A DNA stretch of 50,492 nucleotides, from NCBI GenBank assembly GCA_964588975.1, contig CAZPRA010000002.1, positions 1 through 50,492 on the forward strand. Direction: 5' to 3'. Source of the stretch: an uncultured Oscillospiraceae bacterium (GTDB lineage: Bacteria; Bacillota; Clostridia; Oscillospirales; Oscillospiraceae). This document shows positions 18,792-27,221 of the stretch, one piece after another. The notes beneath the pieces were generated by a model. The model had not been told where the DNA came from and did no database searches. It saw nothing but the letters and a program-made list of their open reading frames with translations. Position numbers and translations under genes: made by a program. How positions within the stretch are numbered: the stretch's first letter is position 1; the number at the start of each line of letters is the position of its first letter.

Positions 18792-19858
18792 TGTTTTGCC
18801 TCCAAAATGGCGTCCAAAATGGCGATGGCCGCTGCAGCTTCCACGCAGGGAAGCGCTCTGGGCACAATGCAGGGGTCGTGACGGCCTTGAATTTCCAGCG
18901 GTACCGATTTGGGTTCATCCGCAAGAGACACGCTTTCCTGCTGCCGGGCGATGGACGGAGTTGGTTTGACGGCCACCCGGAACAGGAGCGGCATACCCGT
19001 GCTCATGCCGCCGAGAATTCCACCGGCATGGTTGCTTGCGGTGTGAACGCAGCCGTTTGCGTCCGAAAAAAAGGGGTCATTGTGCTCGCTGCCGCGCATC
19101 GCGGCACAGTCAAAGCCGTCTCCGAACGCCACCGCCTTCAGGCCGGGAATGCCAAAGAGAATTTGAGAAAGGCGGTTTTCAAGCCCGCCGAAAACAGGCT
19201 CGCCTAGACCGGCAGGAAGACCCGTCACGGCGCATTCGACCACGCCGCCAACGCTGTCGCCAAGTGCCTTAGCTTCTTCTATCTGCCTACACATTTCCGG
19301 CCAGACGCTTTCGTTTAAAGTCAGCCCGTTTAAGGGCAATTCCGGCCTGAGAGTGTCAAACCGACGGTCAGGGACAGAGCCGATCTGCGCAATATGCGCG
19401 CCAATTTGAATGTTCTGGAGCCTGAGAAATTGCAAACACAGGCCGCCCGCGACGCACAAAGGCGCAGTCAGCCGCCCGGAATAATGTCCGCCACCGCGCA
19501 AATCCGCTGCGTCACCGAATTTCATCCGCGCGGGATAATCCGCGTGAGACGGTCTGGGAATTTTTGAAAGCGAAGCATAATCCTCCGAACGCACATCGCG
19601 ATTGGGCAAAATCGCCGTGATCGGAGCGCCGCAGGTGCATCCGTCCACAAGTCCGCTTATAAATTCCGGCTCATCGGCTTCCCTGCGGGCTGTGGAAAGA
19701 CTGCTTTGCCCCGGAGCGCGGCGGTTGAGAAAGGCTTGAAGTTCCTCTGTATCCAGCAAAAAACCCTGCGGAAAGCCCTCAAGCGTCATGCCGACGGCGG
19801 AGCCGTGGGACTGGCCAAAAATATGAAGCTTCAGAGCGGTGCCAAAGCTGCTGCTCAC
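18782..19858 (-). CDS. aroC: Chorismate synthase
   Basis: FGQSHG, PRPSHAD, GGGHYSGRLTA, GGILGG, KPTPSI, GRHDPC. Confidence 0.95.
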   Translation of the reverse strand: MSSSFGTALKLHIFGQSHGSAVGMTLEGFPQGFLLDTEELQAFLNRRAPGQSSLSTARREADEPEFISGLVDGCTCGAPITAILPNRDVRSEDYASLSKIPRPSHADYPARMKFGDAADLRGGGHYSGRLTAPLCVAGGLCLQFLRLQNIQIGAHIAQIGSVPDRRFDTLRPELPLNGLTLNESVWPEMCRQIEEAKALGDSVGGVVECAVTGLPAGLGEPVFGGLENRLSQILFGIPGLKAVAFGDGFDCAAMRGSEHNDPFFSDANGCVHTASNHAGGILGGMSTGMPLLFRVAVKPTPSIARQQESVSLADEPKSVPLEIQGRHDPCIVPRALPCVEAAAAIAILDAILEAKQWT

Positions 19859-21096
19859 GGCGTTTCCTCCTTTCGCAGAAAATCAAAATGCTGCCAGAAT
19901 GTTGGATAAGATTTGCAAACGGCTTCCGCGCCGGATAAAACCACAGGCTTGCGGCAGAGAGTTGAGGCGATGGCGGCAAGCATTGCAATGCGGTGATCGC
20001 CGCAGCTATCCACGCACCCGCCGGTGAGACTGCCGCCGGTAATGAGAAGGCCGTCCTGCGTTTGATGTACATGACCTCCGAGCGCGTTCAGTGTTCTTGC
20101 AACGCTTTGTAGGCGGTCACTTTCCTTATCGCGCAAGCGTCCTGCGCCAAGAATTCGGGTCTGCCCGTGCGCACAGGCGGCCACAAAAGCCAGCGGCGGA
20201 ACAAGATCGGGAATATCCCGAACATCGAGCGTTTGAGCGCTCAATTTAGCGGCTCGAACGGTTAAAATATCGTTGTGCCAGCTTAAACTGGCGCCAAAAT
20301 CCTTTAAAATAGAGACGATTTGCGCATCGCCCTGGCAGGAGTCAGGGCAAAGACCGCGCAGCGAAACCTCGCCCCGGACAGCGCCTGCGCACAGCCAGAA
20401 AGCGGCATTTGACCAGTCTCCCTCAACAAGATAGCTTCCGGCAGAGCGAAAGCGCTGCGGCTGAATGTGCCAGCCGTTCCAGTGAACACCAAAGGCGGAA
20501 AGCACCTGCCGCGTCATGGCGGTATAGGGCGCAGATTCCAGCGGCGTGGTTAACATAATATCCGACTGACCGTCCAGCAGAGGAAGCGCCAGAAGCAGAC
20601 CGGAGAGAAACTGAGACGAGACGTCGCCGGCAATGCAGTAGCGCCCGCTTTGCAGTTTTCCGTTGCAGACAAGCGTGTTTGGAGCAGGACGGGAAAAGCG
20701 GCAGCCGTGCGCCTGCATAGCCTGCAAAAGCGGAAGCAAGGGCCGCCGGGCAAGACGGGCGCTCATCACAAAACGAGCGTCTGCGCCCAGAGCTGCCGTC
20801 ACGGGCAGCAGAAAGCGAAGTGTTGAGCCGCTTTCGCCGCAATCGAGCAGGGAGGCGTTGCGCAGATTTTCTCTGATGGGTCGAACGGAAAAAACACCGT
20901 TTTCATAAGCGATTTCAGCGCCCAAAGCGGAAAGACAGCGGACGGTTGCTTCAATGTCGCCCGAGACATCCGGGCATATGATTTGAGTTTCCTGATCGGA
21001 CAGGGCTGCGCAGATGAGCAGACGGTGCGCCATGGACTTTGAGGCAACGGCGCGAAGCGTGCCACGAACGGGGTGAGGGTCGAGTGCAAGCTCCAT
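19855..21096 (-). CDS. aroA: 3-phosphoshikimate 1-carboxyvinyltransferase (EPSP synthase)
   Basis: SKSMAHR, GESGSTLRF, SSQFLSGLL, KESDRL, DHRIAM, KSYPTFW. Confidence 0.95.
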   Translation of the reverse strand: MELALDPHPVRGTLRAVASKSMAHRLLICAALSDQETQIICPDVSGDIEATVRCLSALGAEIAYENGVFSVRPIRENLRNASLLDCGESGSTLRFLLPVTAALGADARFVMSARLARRPLLPLLQAMQAHGCRFSRPAPNTLVCNGKLQSGRYCIAGDVSSQFLSGLLLALPLLDGQSDIMLTTPLESAPYTAMTRQVLSAFGVHWNGWHIQPQRFRSAGSYLVEGDWSNAAFWLCAGAVRGEVSLRGLCPDSCQGDAQIVSILKDFGASLSWHNDILTVRAAKLSAQTLDVRDIPDLVPPLAFVAACAHGQTRILGAGRLRDKESDRLQSVARTLNALGGHVHQTQDGLLITGGSLTGGCVDSCGDHRIAMLAAIASTLCRKPVVLSGAEAVCKSYPTFWQHFDFLRKEETP

Positions 21097-21097
21097 C

Positions 21098-22126
21098 TCA
21101 CAAGCCCTCCTGAATAAGAGCCTTCAGCCGGGCAACCGGGAACTGCTCCAAAACGCACTGTCCGACCGCACGGGAAACGGCCAGCGTGATTTGCGTTCCA
21201 CGGCGCTTTTTGTCGGAAAGTGCAGCGGTAGCGAGCGCACGGGCGGAAAGCTCTGTGCGCACAGGAAGCCCAAAGGCCAGAAGCAGGTCTTGAATAGCCG
21301 CTCGGTCAGCAGAAAACAACCGGGCCATCATTGCCATACCGATGGAAACGGCGCAGCCATGCGAGACGGTATAGTCGCTGCAAAGCTCAATTGCATGGCC
21401 GAAGGTGTGACCGTAATTTAGCATTTGTCGCTCACCACGGTCAAATTCGTCGCGCTGAACCACTGCCGCCTTGTGCCGGACAGAAGCAGCGATGAGTGCT
21501 TCGCGGTCAAAGTCTGTGCCCTGCGCCTGAAGCTGTGCAAACATAGCCGGGTCAAAGGCAATGGCGGTTTTAATGAGCTCTGCGCAGCCGTCTCGAAACA
21601 CGTGCTCCGGCAGCGTGCGAAGCGTTTCCACATCGCAAAGAACGGCCTTAGGCTGCTTGAATGCACCAAGCAGATTTTTGCCCGAGGGCAGATCTATGGC
21701 GGTCTTGCCGCCGACCGATGCGTCCACCATTGCAAGCAGCGTTGTCGGCACAATCAGCAGGGGAATTCCGCGCAGATAGGTTGCGGCGGCAAAGCCGGTC
21801 AAGTCCCCAATCACGCCGCCGCCAAGCGCTACCACAAGGTCACTGCGGGTGAATCGATTTTCCACAAAAGCGTTTATCAGGTTTACATAATATTGAAAGC
21901 ATTTGGTGTGTTCTCCTGCCGGGAGCACCTGTGTGACCGTTTCAAGCCTGGCATTTTCAAGGCTCTGACAGGCACAGCGCAGATAATGCGGCGCGACGTT
22001 TTCATCCGTGACCACCATCACCTTGCCCTGCGTTACGCTTGCGGCTTCTTTTCCGAGCTCTGCAAGAAGGCCGGAGCCAATGCGAACGGCGTAGGCTTGG
22101 GAAGCGGATATTTCAATGCGAGTCAT
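21098..22126 (-). CDS. aroB: 3-dehydroquinate synthase
   Basis: GGGVIGDL, PTTLLAMVDASVGGKT, LNYGHTFGHAIE. AGGAG RBS. Confidence 0.95.
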   Translation of the reverse strand: MTRIEISASQAYAVRIGSGLLAELGKEAASVTQGKVMVVTDENVAPHYLRCACQSLENARLETVTQVLPAGEHTKCFQYYVNLINAFVENRFTRSDLVVALGGGVIGDLTGFAAATYLRGIPLLIVPTTLLAMVDASVGGKTAIDLPSGKNLLGAFKQPKAVLCDVETLRTLPEHVFRDGCAELIKTAIAFDPAMFAQLQAQGTDFDREALIAASVRHKAAVVQRDEFDRGERQMLNYGHTFGHAIELCSDYTVSHGCAVSIGMAMMARLFSADRAAIQDLLLAFGLPVRTELSARALATAALSDKKRRGTQITLAVSRAVGQCVLEQFPVARLKALIQEGL

Positions 22127-22127
22127 C

Positions 22128-23141
22128 TTAGCTCTCCTGCGCGCGTAAAGCTCCGCGAAGCGCACGCATTTGCGTCATCAGGCGAGCAAACTGCTCCGGG
22201 AGCAAAGCCTGTCCACCATCGCACAGAGCGTCCATGGGGCTCGTGTGAATTTCCAGCATCAGGCCGTCTGCACCGCAGGCACAGGCCGCAAGCGCCATTG
22301 GCGGCACCAGACGGGCGCTTCCGGTGGCGTGACTGGGATCCACCACGACCGGCAGATGCGTCAGCTCATGCAGAGCTGGCACGGCGGTCAGGTCGAGGGT
22401 GTTTCTGGCATAGCTGTCAAAGCTGCGGATGCCCCGCTCGCAGAGAATGACATTTGTGTTGCCCTCAGAGAGAATATATTCCGCGCTCATGAGCCATTCG
22501 TGCAGCGTGCTGGCAAGGCCACGCTTGAGAAGAATGGGCTTCTTGCACTGGCCTAGCGCCTTAAGCAGTTCGAAATTCTGCATATTTCTTGCGCCGACCT
22601 GAATGACATCCACGTCCTGAAACAGTTCAAGCTGACTTGCGCTCATGATCTCCGTTACAAGCGGTAGGCCGGTGGCCGCCTTTGCCTTCAGGAGCAGCCG
22701 GATCCCTTCATCGCCAAGCCCCTGAAAATCGTAAGGAGAGGTGCGGGGCTTAAAGGCGCCGCCTCGGAGAAGACCGGCTCCGGCAGCCTTGACCGCTTCC
22801 GCACAGGCCATAAGCTGTGCCTCGGACTCAACGGCGCAAGGGCCTGCAATCACGGGGAAATGACCGCCGCCAAAGGTTTGGTCGCCTACGGTGATGAGCG
22901 TGTCTTTTTCGTGGTTGCGGCGGCTGCAAAGGCGGAAAGGCTCGGAAATGCTCCGCACGCTTTCCACAAAATCCAAACTGCCCAGCAGTTCCATATCCAC
23001 GCCATGAACGTTCCCGGTCAGCCACAAAAGGGAAGCATCCCCGTTTTGAGAGATTTGAACTTCGACATTCTGACTTTGCAGCCATGCAATCAGAAGCTCC
23101 AAGCGCTCCTTGTCGGTGCCTTTTCGAATCACGGCGATCAT
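22128..23141 (-). CDS. aroF: DAHP synthase type I-beta with N-terminal regulatory domain
   Basis: IAGPCAVES, GGAFKPRTSPYDFQG, GARNMQN, LCERGIR, DPSHATG. Confidence 0.93.
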   Translation of the reverse strand: MIAVIRKGTDKERLELLIAWLQSQNVEVQISQNGDASLLWLTGNVHGVDMELLGSLDFVESVRSISEPFRLCSRRNHEKDTLITVGDQTFGGGHFPVIAGPCAVESEAQLMACAEAVKAAGAGLLRGGAFKPRTSPYDFQGLGDEGIRLLLKAKAATGLPLVTEIMSASQLELFQDVDVIQVGARNMQNFELLKALGQCKKPILLKRGLASTLHEWLMSAEYILSEGNTNVILCERGIRSFDSYARNTLDLTAVPALHELTHLPVVVDPSHATGSARLVPPMALAACACGADGLMLEIHTSPMDALCDGGQALLPEQFARLMTQMRALRGALRAQES

Positions 23142-23162
23142 ATGCTCAGACCTCTTTTCTGT

Positions 23163-23188
23163 AAAAAACCTCCGGCAGAGCCGGAGGT
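23163..23188 (-). terminator. Intrinsic terminator inside the aroF leader (or MATE terminator)
   Basis: ACCTCCGGC-TCT-GCCGGAGGT followed by TTTTT on the minus strand. Confidence 0.75.
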
Positions 23189-23205
23189 CTGATTTTTCTT
23201 CTATG

Positions 23206-23234
23206 ATTATATCATGTTCCGATGGGCATTTCAA
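23206..23234 (-). promoter_or_regulatory. Near-consensus sigma-A promoter upstream of aroF
   Basis: TTGAAA-17 bp-TATAAT with extended -10 TG. The -35 overlaps the MATE stop codon. Confidence 0.75.
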
Positions 23235-24637
23235 GAATTTTTTTCCTCTCTGGCATATAAGGGGCGTATCTTCTGACGGTAAAGGGCAATGAGCATACTG
23301 ACAGATACCAGAAGGGAAATAACCTCAGCAATGGGGAAGGAGAACCAGACCAGCTCCATGCGGCCAATCAGAGAAATCAGGTAAGCGGCAGGAATCAGGA
23401 TGACGAGCTGGCGTGAAATCGAGACGATCAGGCTATAGACGCTTTTGCCAAGTGCCTGAAACACGCCGCCAAAGATGATGCACGGGCCGGCGAACACGAA
23501 GGGCAGGCACAAAATCCGCAACGCGGGAACGCCCACCTGAAGCATTTCGTCATTGGCGTTGAAGAAGCTGAGAAGTGTTTCCGGGAAAAGCTGGAAAATG
23601 GCAATTCCGATGAGCATCAGGGAGCTTGCGCCGAGCGCACCGAACAAAATGGTCTTGGTAATGCGCTTTGGCTTGCAGGCGCCGTAGTTATAGGCGCTGA
23701 TGGCAAGCACCGCGTTGTTGATGCCGAAAACGGGCATGAAGATGAAGCTTTGCAGCTTGTAATAGGCGCCGAAAACGGCAGTGCCGACCTCACCCAGACC
23801 GACCTGCACGGCTTCATAGCGCATTAAAATGAGGTTAAAGAGATAGTACATCACCGAGCCGATTGCGACCATCACGATAGAGGGAATGGCAATGGCCATG
23901 ATTTTGCCGCAGAGCTTCCAGTCAGGCCGGAAGCCCCGGAAGTGGAACTGAACCTCAGGATTTTTCTTCCAGTTGAAGAAAATGGCAAGCCCAAAGGCGA
24001 CAAACTGGCCTATGACCGTAGCAACAGCGGCACCGGCAACCTCCATCCGGGGAACAAAGCCAAGGCCAAAGATAAAGACCGGGTCAAGAATGATATTGAT
24101 CACGGCACCGGTGCCCTGCGTGATGAGGGTATAGGAGGTGCGGCCTGTAGACTGAAGCAATCGCTCGAGAATGACCTCACCAAAAATGCCCAGGGAGGCA
24201 ATCGTGATGATTTGAATATAGTTCTTGCCATAGGCAATGACCTGCGGATTTGAGGTCTGTGAGCGCATGAAGGCTTCCGCGCCGAAAATACCGAACAGCA
24301 CGCAAAGGAGCATACCCAGCACGATCAGAAGAAGACCATTGGTAGCGCAACGATTGACCGTTTCCTGCTTCTTTTCACCAAGCGCCCGGGACAAAAGGGC
24401 ATTCACGCCCACGGAAATACCCGTTGCAATGCCGATCATGATATTCTGAACCGGAAAAGCCAGAGAGACGGCATTAAGCGCGTCCTGATTTTCGTTGGAA
24501 ATGCGGGAGACGAACATACTGTCCACCACATTATAAAAGGCCTGCACCAGCATGGACAGAGCCATAGGAAGCGCCATGAAAAACAGCAGCTTTCCAATGG
24601 GCTGCACACCCATTTTGTTTTCTTTCAAAGAACTCAT
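23231..24637 (-). CDS. MATE family efflux transporter
   Basis: About 12 TMs, QAFYNVVDSMFVSRI, INIILDPVFIFG, GAAVATVIGQ. Confidence 0.93.
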   Translation of the reverse strand: MSSLKENKMGVQPIGKLLFFMALPMALSMLVQAFYNVVDSMFVSRISNENQDALNAVSLAFPVQNIMIGIATGISVGVNALLSRALGEKKQETVNRCATNGLLLIVLGMLLCVLFGIFGAEAFMRSQTSNPQVIAYGKNYIQIITIASLGIFGEVILERLLQSTGRTSYTLITQGTGAVINIILDPVFIFGLGFVPRMEVAGAAVATVIGQFVAFGLAIFFNWKKNPEVQFHFRGFRPDWKLCGKIMAIAIPSIVMVAIGSVMYYLFNLILMRYEAVQVGLGEVGTAVFGAYYKLQSFIFMPVFGINNAVLAISAYNYGACKPKRITKTILFGALGASSLMLIGIAIFQLFPETLLSFFNANDEMLQVGVPALRILCLPFVFAGPCIIFGGVFQALGKSVYSLIVSISRQLVILIPAAYLISLIGRMELVWFSFPIAEVISLLVSVSMLIALYRQKIRPLYAREEKNS

Positions 24638-24669
24638 TGTTTTACCTCTTGATATTTTTGCAAATTTCT

Positions 24670-24763
24670 ATTATACAGGCTGTACCAGCAAAAAGCAATA
24701 GCAAAAGCAGAAAAAGAAAAATGCAAGAAAAAACGTGCCATTTTGCATGAAATATGATATAAT
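24670..24763. promoter_or_regulatory. Divergent sigma-A promoters (MATE and nucleoside kinase)
   Basis: Minus: TTGCTT-17-TATAAT (24698-24670). Plus: GTGCCA-17-TATAAT with extended TG (24735-24763). Confidence 0.6.
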
Positions 24764-24799
24764 AAATATTGGAACGAATTTGGCAAGGAGGCTGGCACA

Positions 24800-25717
24800 A
24801 TGACAACAGACCAGATCGCCGCCCTGCTGCAAAGCGATGCGGAAGCAGTATTGGCCAATGACAGGCAGCTCTATTTCAAACAGATTTCTCAGGCAGCGGG
24901 AATCATCGCCGCAAATGTCCGGCAGCGTCCTGTGGTGCTGCTTGCAGGGCCGTCCGGCTCGGGCAAGACGACGACTGCGCTTTTGATCCAGCGGGAGCTG
25001 GAGCGCATGGGAATGGTGACGCACACATTGCAAATGGACGACTATTTTTCGCCCCTGACGCCGGAAGAACTGGAGCTTTTAAGCCGCAACGAACTGGATC
25101 TGGAAAAGCCCAGCCGGGTGGATGTCCCGTTTTTTCAGGAGCAGCTTGGCCAAATTCTGGCCTGTCAGGAGGTCATGCTGCCGCGTTATGATTTCAAGGA
25201 GAGCACGCGTGTTTTTGACGGACGCAGCCTGAAGCGCAAGCCGGGTGAGCTTGTGCTCATGGAGGGCATTCATGCGCTCAACCCCGGTGTCACGGGCTAT
25301 ACCGACCGCACCACCCGGGTCTATGTCAGCGTGCGCACCCGCATCACGACCCGTGACGGCCTGACGCTCCATCCTTCGCGTATTCGTCTTGCCCGGCGGC
25401 TTCTGCGCGACCGCATGAACCGCAACCGGGCACTCACCCAAACCATCACCATGCGCAAGCGCGTGGATGCCGGGGAGCAGAAATACATCATGCCCTATAA
25501 GCCCTTGGCGCATTGCAGCGTGGATTCTTTTTATTCCTCGGAGATCAGCTTTTATAAGCCATTCCTCTTTCATGAGCTTCAAGCGCTTGCGCCGGAGTAC
25601 GACGATCTTCAGGAGTTGGTTCATGTGATGCGAGAACTTCCGGAGCTTCCTGCCTCTTTGCTGCCCAAAGACAGCCTCCTTCGCGAATTCATCGGCGGAA
25701 GTGAGCTGAACTATTGA
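24800..25717 (+). CDS. Uridine/nucleoside kinase family protein
   Basis: LAGPSGSGKTT, MDDYF, EGIHALNP, RLARRLLRD, LLREFIGGS. Confidence 0.8.
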   Translation: MTTDQIAALLQSDAEAVLANDRQLYFKQISQAAGIIAANVRQRPVVLLAGPSGSGKTTTALLIQRELERMGMVTHTLQMDDYFSPLTPEELELLSRNELDLEKPSRVDVPFFQEQLGQILACQEVMLPRYDFKESTRVFDGRSLKRKPGELVLMEGIHALNPGVTGYTDRTTRVYVSVRTRITTRDGLTLHPSRIRLARRLLRDRMNRNRALTQTITMRKRVDAGEQKYIMPYKPLAHCSVDSFYSSEISFYKPFLFHELQALAPEYDDLQELVHVMRELPELPASLLPKDSLLREFIGGSELNY

Positions 25718-25728
25718 TTTATCAGCAA

Positions 25729-25806
25729 CTCAACCGCTGGTTGAGACGATTTTTCTGCGCCATTAACCGACAGATGATTGCTTTTTGTGCCACAATCTGG
25801 CATAGT
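25729..25806 (+). promoter_or_regulatory. Putative operator(s) and promoter of the XRE gene
   Basis: Perfect CTCAACC-GCT-GGTTGAG palindrome (25729-25745), a degenerate copy at 25762-25778, then TTGCTT-17-CATAGT. Confidence 0.5.
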
Positions 25807-25832
25807 GGTGCCATGAAATGGAGGGAATCAAA

Positions 25833-26843
25833 ATGACACAAAAAACCTTAGGAGAACGCATTAAAGAAAACCGCAAGCGTCTGGGACTGACGCAGGATGA
25901 GCTTGCCAGACGCATGGGCGTCAGCGCTCAGGCAGTGAGCAAATGGGAGAATAACCTCTCCTGCCCGGATATTTCCATTTTGCCGGAGTTGGCAGAGATC
26001 TTTGGCATCAGCTTAGATGAGCTTCTTGGCAGAGAAGGGAAAAAAGGCGGCGCCGCGGTGCATGAGGCTGAGCCGGTCGAAGATGAGCCAAAGGAGCGGG
26101 AATTCCACCTGAGCTGGGACATTGGAAAAAAGAAACGCGAGAGCGTCATTTTCGCCATTTTTGTGCTGATTTTTGGCGGGCTGCTTCTGATGAATCATCT
26201 GCTGGAGCTGGACGTTTCCTGGTGGACACTTCTGTGGACGCTGGGTCTGAGCTTCGTGGGTGTCTGCGGCCTGAGCGGAGAATTCTCGTTTTTCTGCCTG
26301 ATTATGACGTTGGCCGGCGGCTTTTTTCTGCTTGATGCCTACGGACTGTTCCAATTTGACCTGAGCTGGGGCATACTCATCCCTGCGGTCGTGATTGTCT
26401 GGGGTCTATGCCTGCTGCTCGATATCGTGCGTGGAAAGCATAAGAAGCACAAGAAAAATGTCCACGGCGATCACACGCTTGAATATGAATACTCCTGCAA
26501 TGACGGTATGCTCAAATGCGAGCTCAGCTTCGGAGAGTGCCGCGTTCCGGTGGTAACGCCTGTGCTGCGCGGCGGCAGCGTGGAAAGCAGCTTTGGCAGC
26601 TTCCATGTGGATTTTTCGGGCTGTGAGGCCGTGGCTGACGGTTGCCGGATTCAGGCGGAAAACAGCTTCGGCAGCCTGACGCTTCTGGTGCCAGATCAGT
26701 ATCAGGTCGTGTGCGTTTCGCACAATTCCATGGCAGCTCCGGCAGAGATCAAAGGCGAGCCGCAACCAAACCCCGCCGGGCGTATCGAGCTGGAGGTCGA
26801 GAACACTGCCGGAAACGTTGTCGTGAAATACATCTCAATATAA
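25833..26843 (+). CDS. XRE-family HTH regulator fused to 4 TM helices and a LiaF-like C-terminal beta domain
   Basis: LTQDELARRMGVSAQAVSKWENNLSCPDI, four hydrophobic helices, repeated S-F-G beta motifs (LSFGE, SSFGS, NSFGS). Confidence 0.75.
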   Translation: MTQKTLGERIKENRKRLGLTQDELARRMGVSAQAVSKWENNLSCPDISILPELAEIFGISLDELLGREGKKGGAAVHEAEPVEDEPKEREFHLSWDIGKKKRESVIFAIFVLIFGGLLLMNHLLELDVSWWTLLWTLGLSFVGVCGLSGEFSFFCLIMTLAGGFFLLDAYGLFQFDLSWGILIPAVVIVWGLCLLLDIVRGKHKKHKKNVHGDHTLEYEYSCNDGMLKCELSFGECRVPVVTPVLRGGSVESSFGSFHVDFSGCEAVADGCRIQAENSFGSLTLLVPDQYQVVCVSHNSMAAPAEIKGEPQPNPAGRIELEVENTAGNVVVKYISI

Positions 26844-26853
26844 GTGATAACAA

Positions 26854-26888
26854 GCGCAGACTCAGGATTTTTCCGAGTCTGCGCGTTT
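26854..26888 (+). terminator. Terminator after the XRE gene
   Basis: GCGCAGACTC/GAGTCTGCGC stem with a short T tail. Confidence 0.6.
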
Positions 26889-26891
26889 CAT

Positions 26892-26919
26892 GCACCAAAA
26901 TCTGATCCGGTCATAATAT
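26892..26919 (+). promoter_or_regulatory. Putative sigma-K-type sporulation promoter
   Basis: GC-AC, 16 bp spacer, CATAATAT; matches the AC-N16-CATAnnnT pattern. Confidence 0.45.
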
Positions 26920-26962
26920 GGAATGAGCTGAAGCTCAAGTATTTGACAGGAGGTTCCTGATT

Positions 26963-27106
26963 ATGTGTGGAAATAACGGATTTGGTAGCTGCTGGTGGAT
27001 CATCATTTTGATTCTCCTGTTCTGCTGCTGCGGTGGAAATAACGGCAATTGCCTGAGCAGCAACAATTCCTGCGGCTGCGGCTGCGATAACGGCTGCGGT
27101 TGCTGA
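26963..27106 (+). CDS. 47-aa Cys/Gly/Asn-rich hydrophobic peptide (putative spore-associated small protein)
   Basis: AGGAGG RBS at 26948-26953. Translation MCGNNGFGSCWWIIILILLFCCCGGNNGNCLSSNNSCGCGCDNGCGC, 11 Cys. Own terminator. Below the ORF-track cutoff. Confidence 0.8.
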   Translation: MCGNNGFGSCWWIIILILLFCCCGGNNGNCLSSNNSCGCGCDNGCGC

Positions 27107-27123
27107 ATTTAAATTTGTAACGG

Positions 27124-27149
27124 CGGAGGGATTTTCGTCCCTCCGTTTT
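27124..27149 (+). terminator. Terminator of the Cys-rich peptide gene
   Basis: CGGAGGGA/TCCCTCCG stem followed by TTTT. Confidence 0.75.
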
Positions 27150-27221
27150 GAATTTACCATAGCTTTTCCGGCAGGAGTGTGCTATAATACTGTCGGAAGT
27201 ACGCACAAAGGGGATGCGCTT

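Noticed and set aside
26888-27160. 90-aa Ala-rich minus-strand ORF from the track
   Set aside because: Antisense shadow of the plus-strand Cys-rich peptide, which has the RBS, promoter-like motif and terminator.
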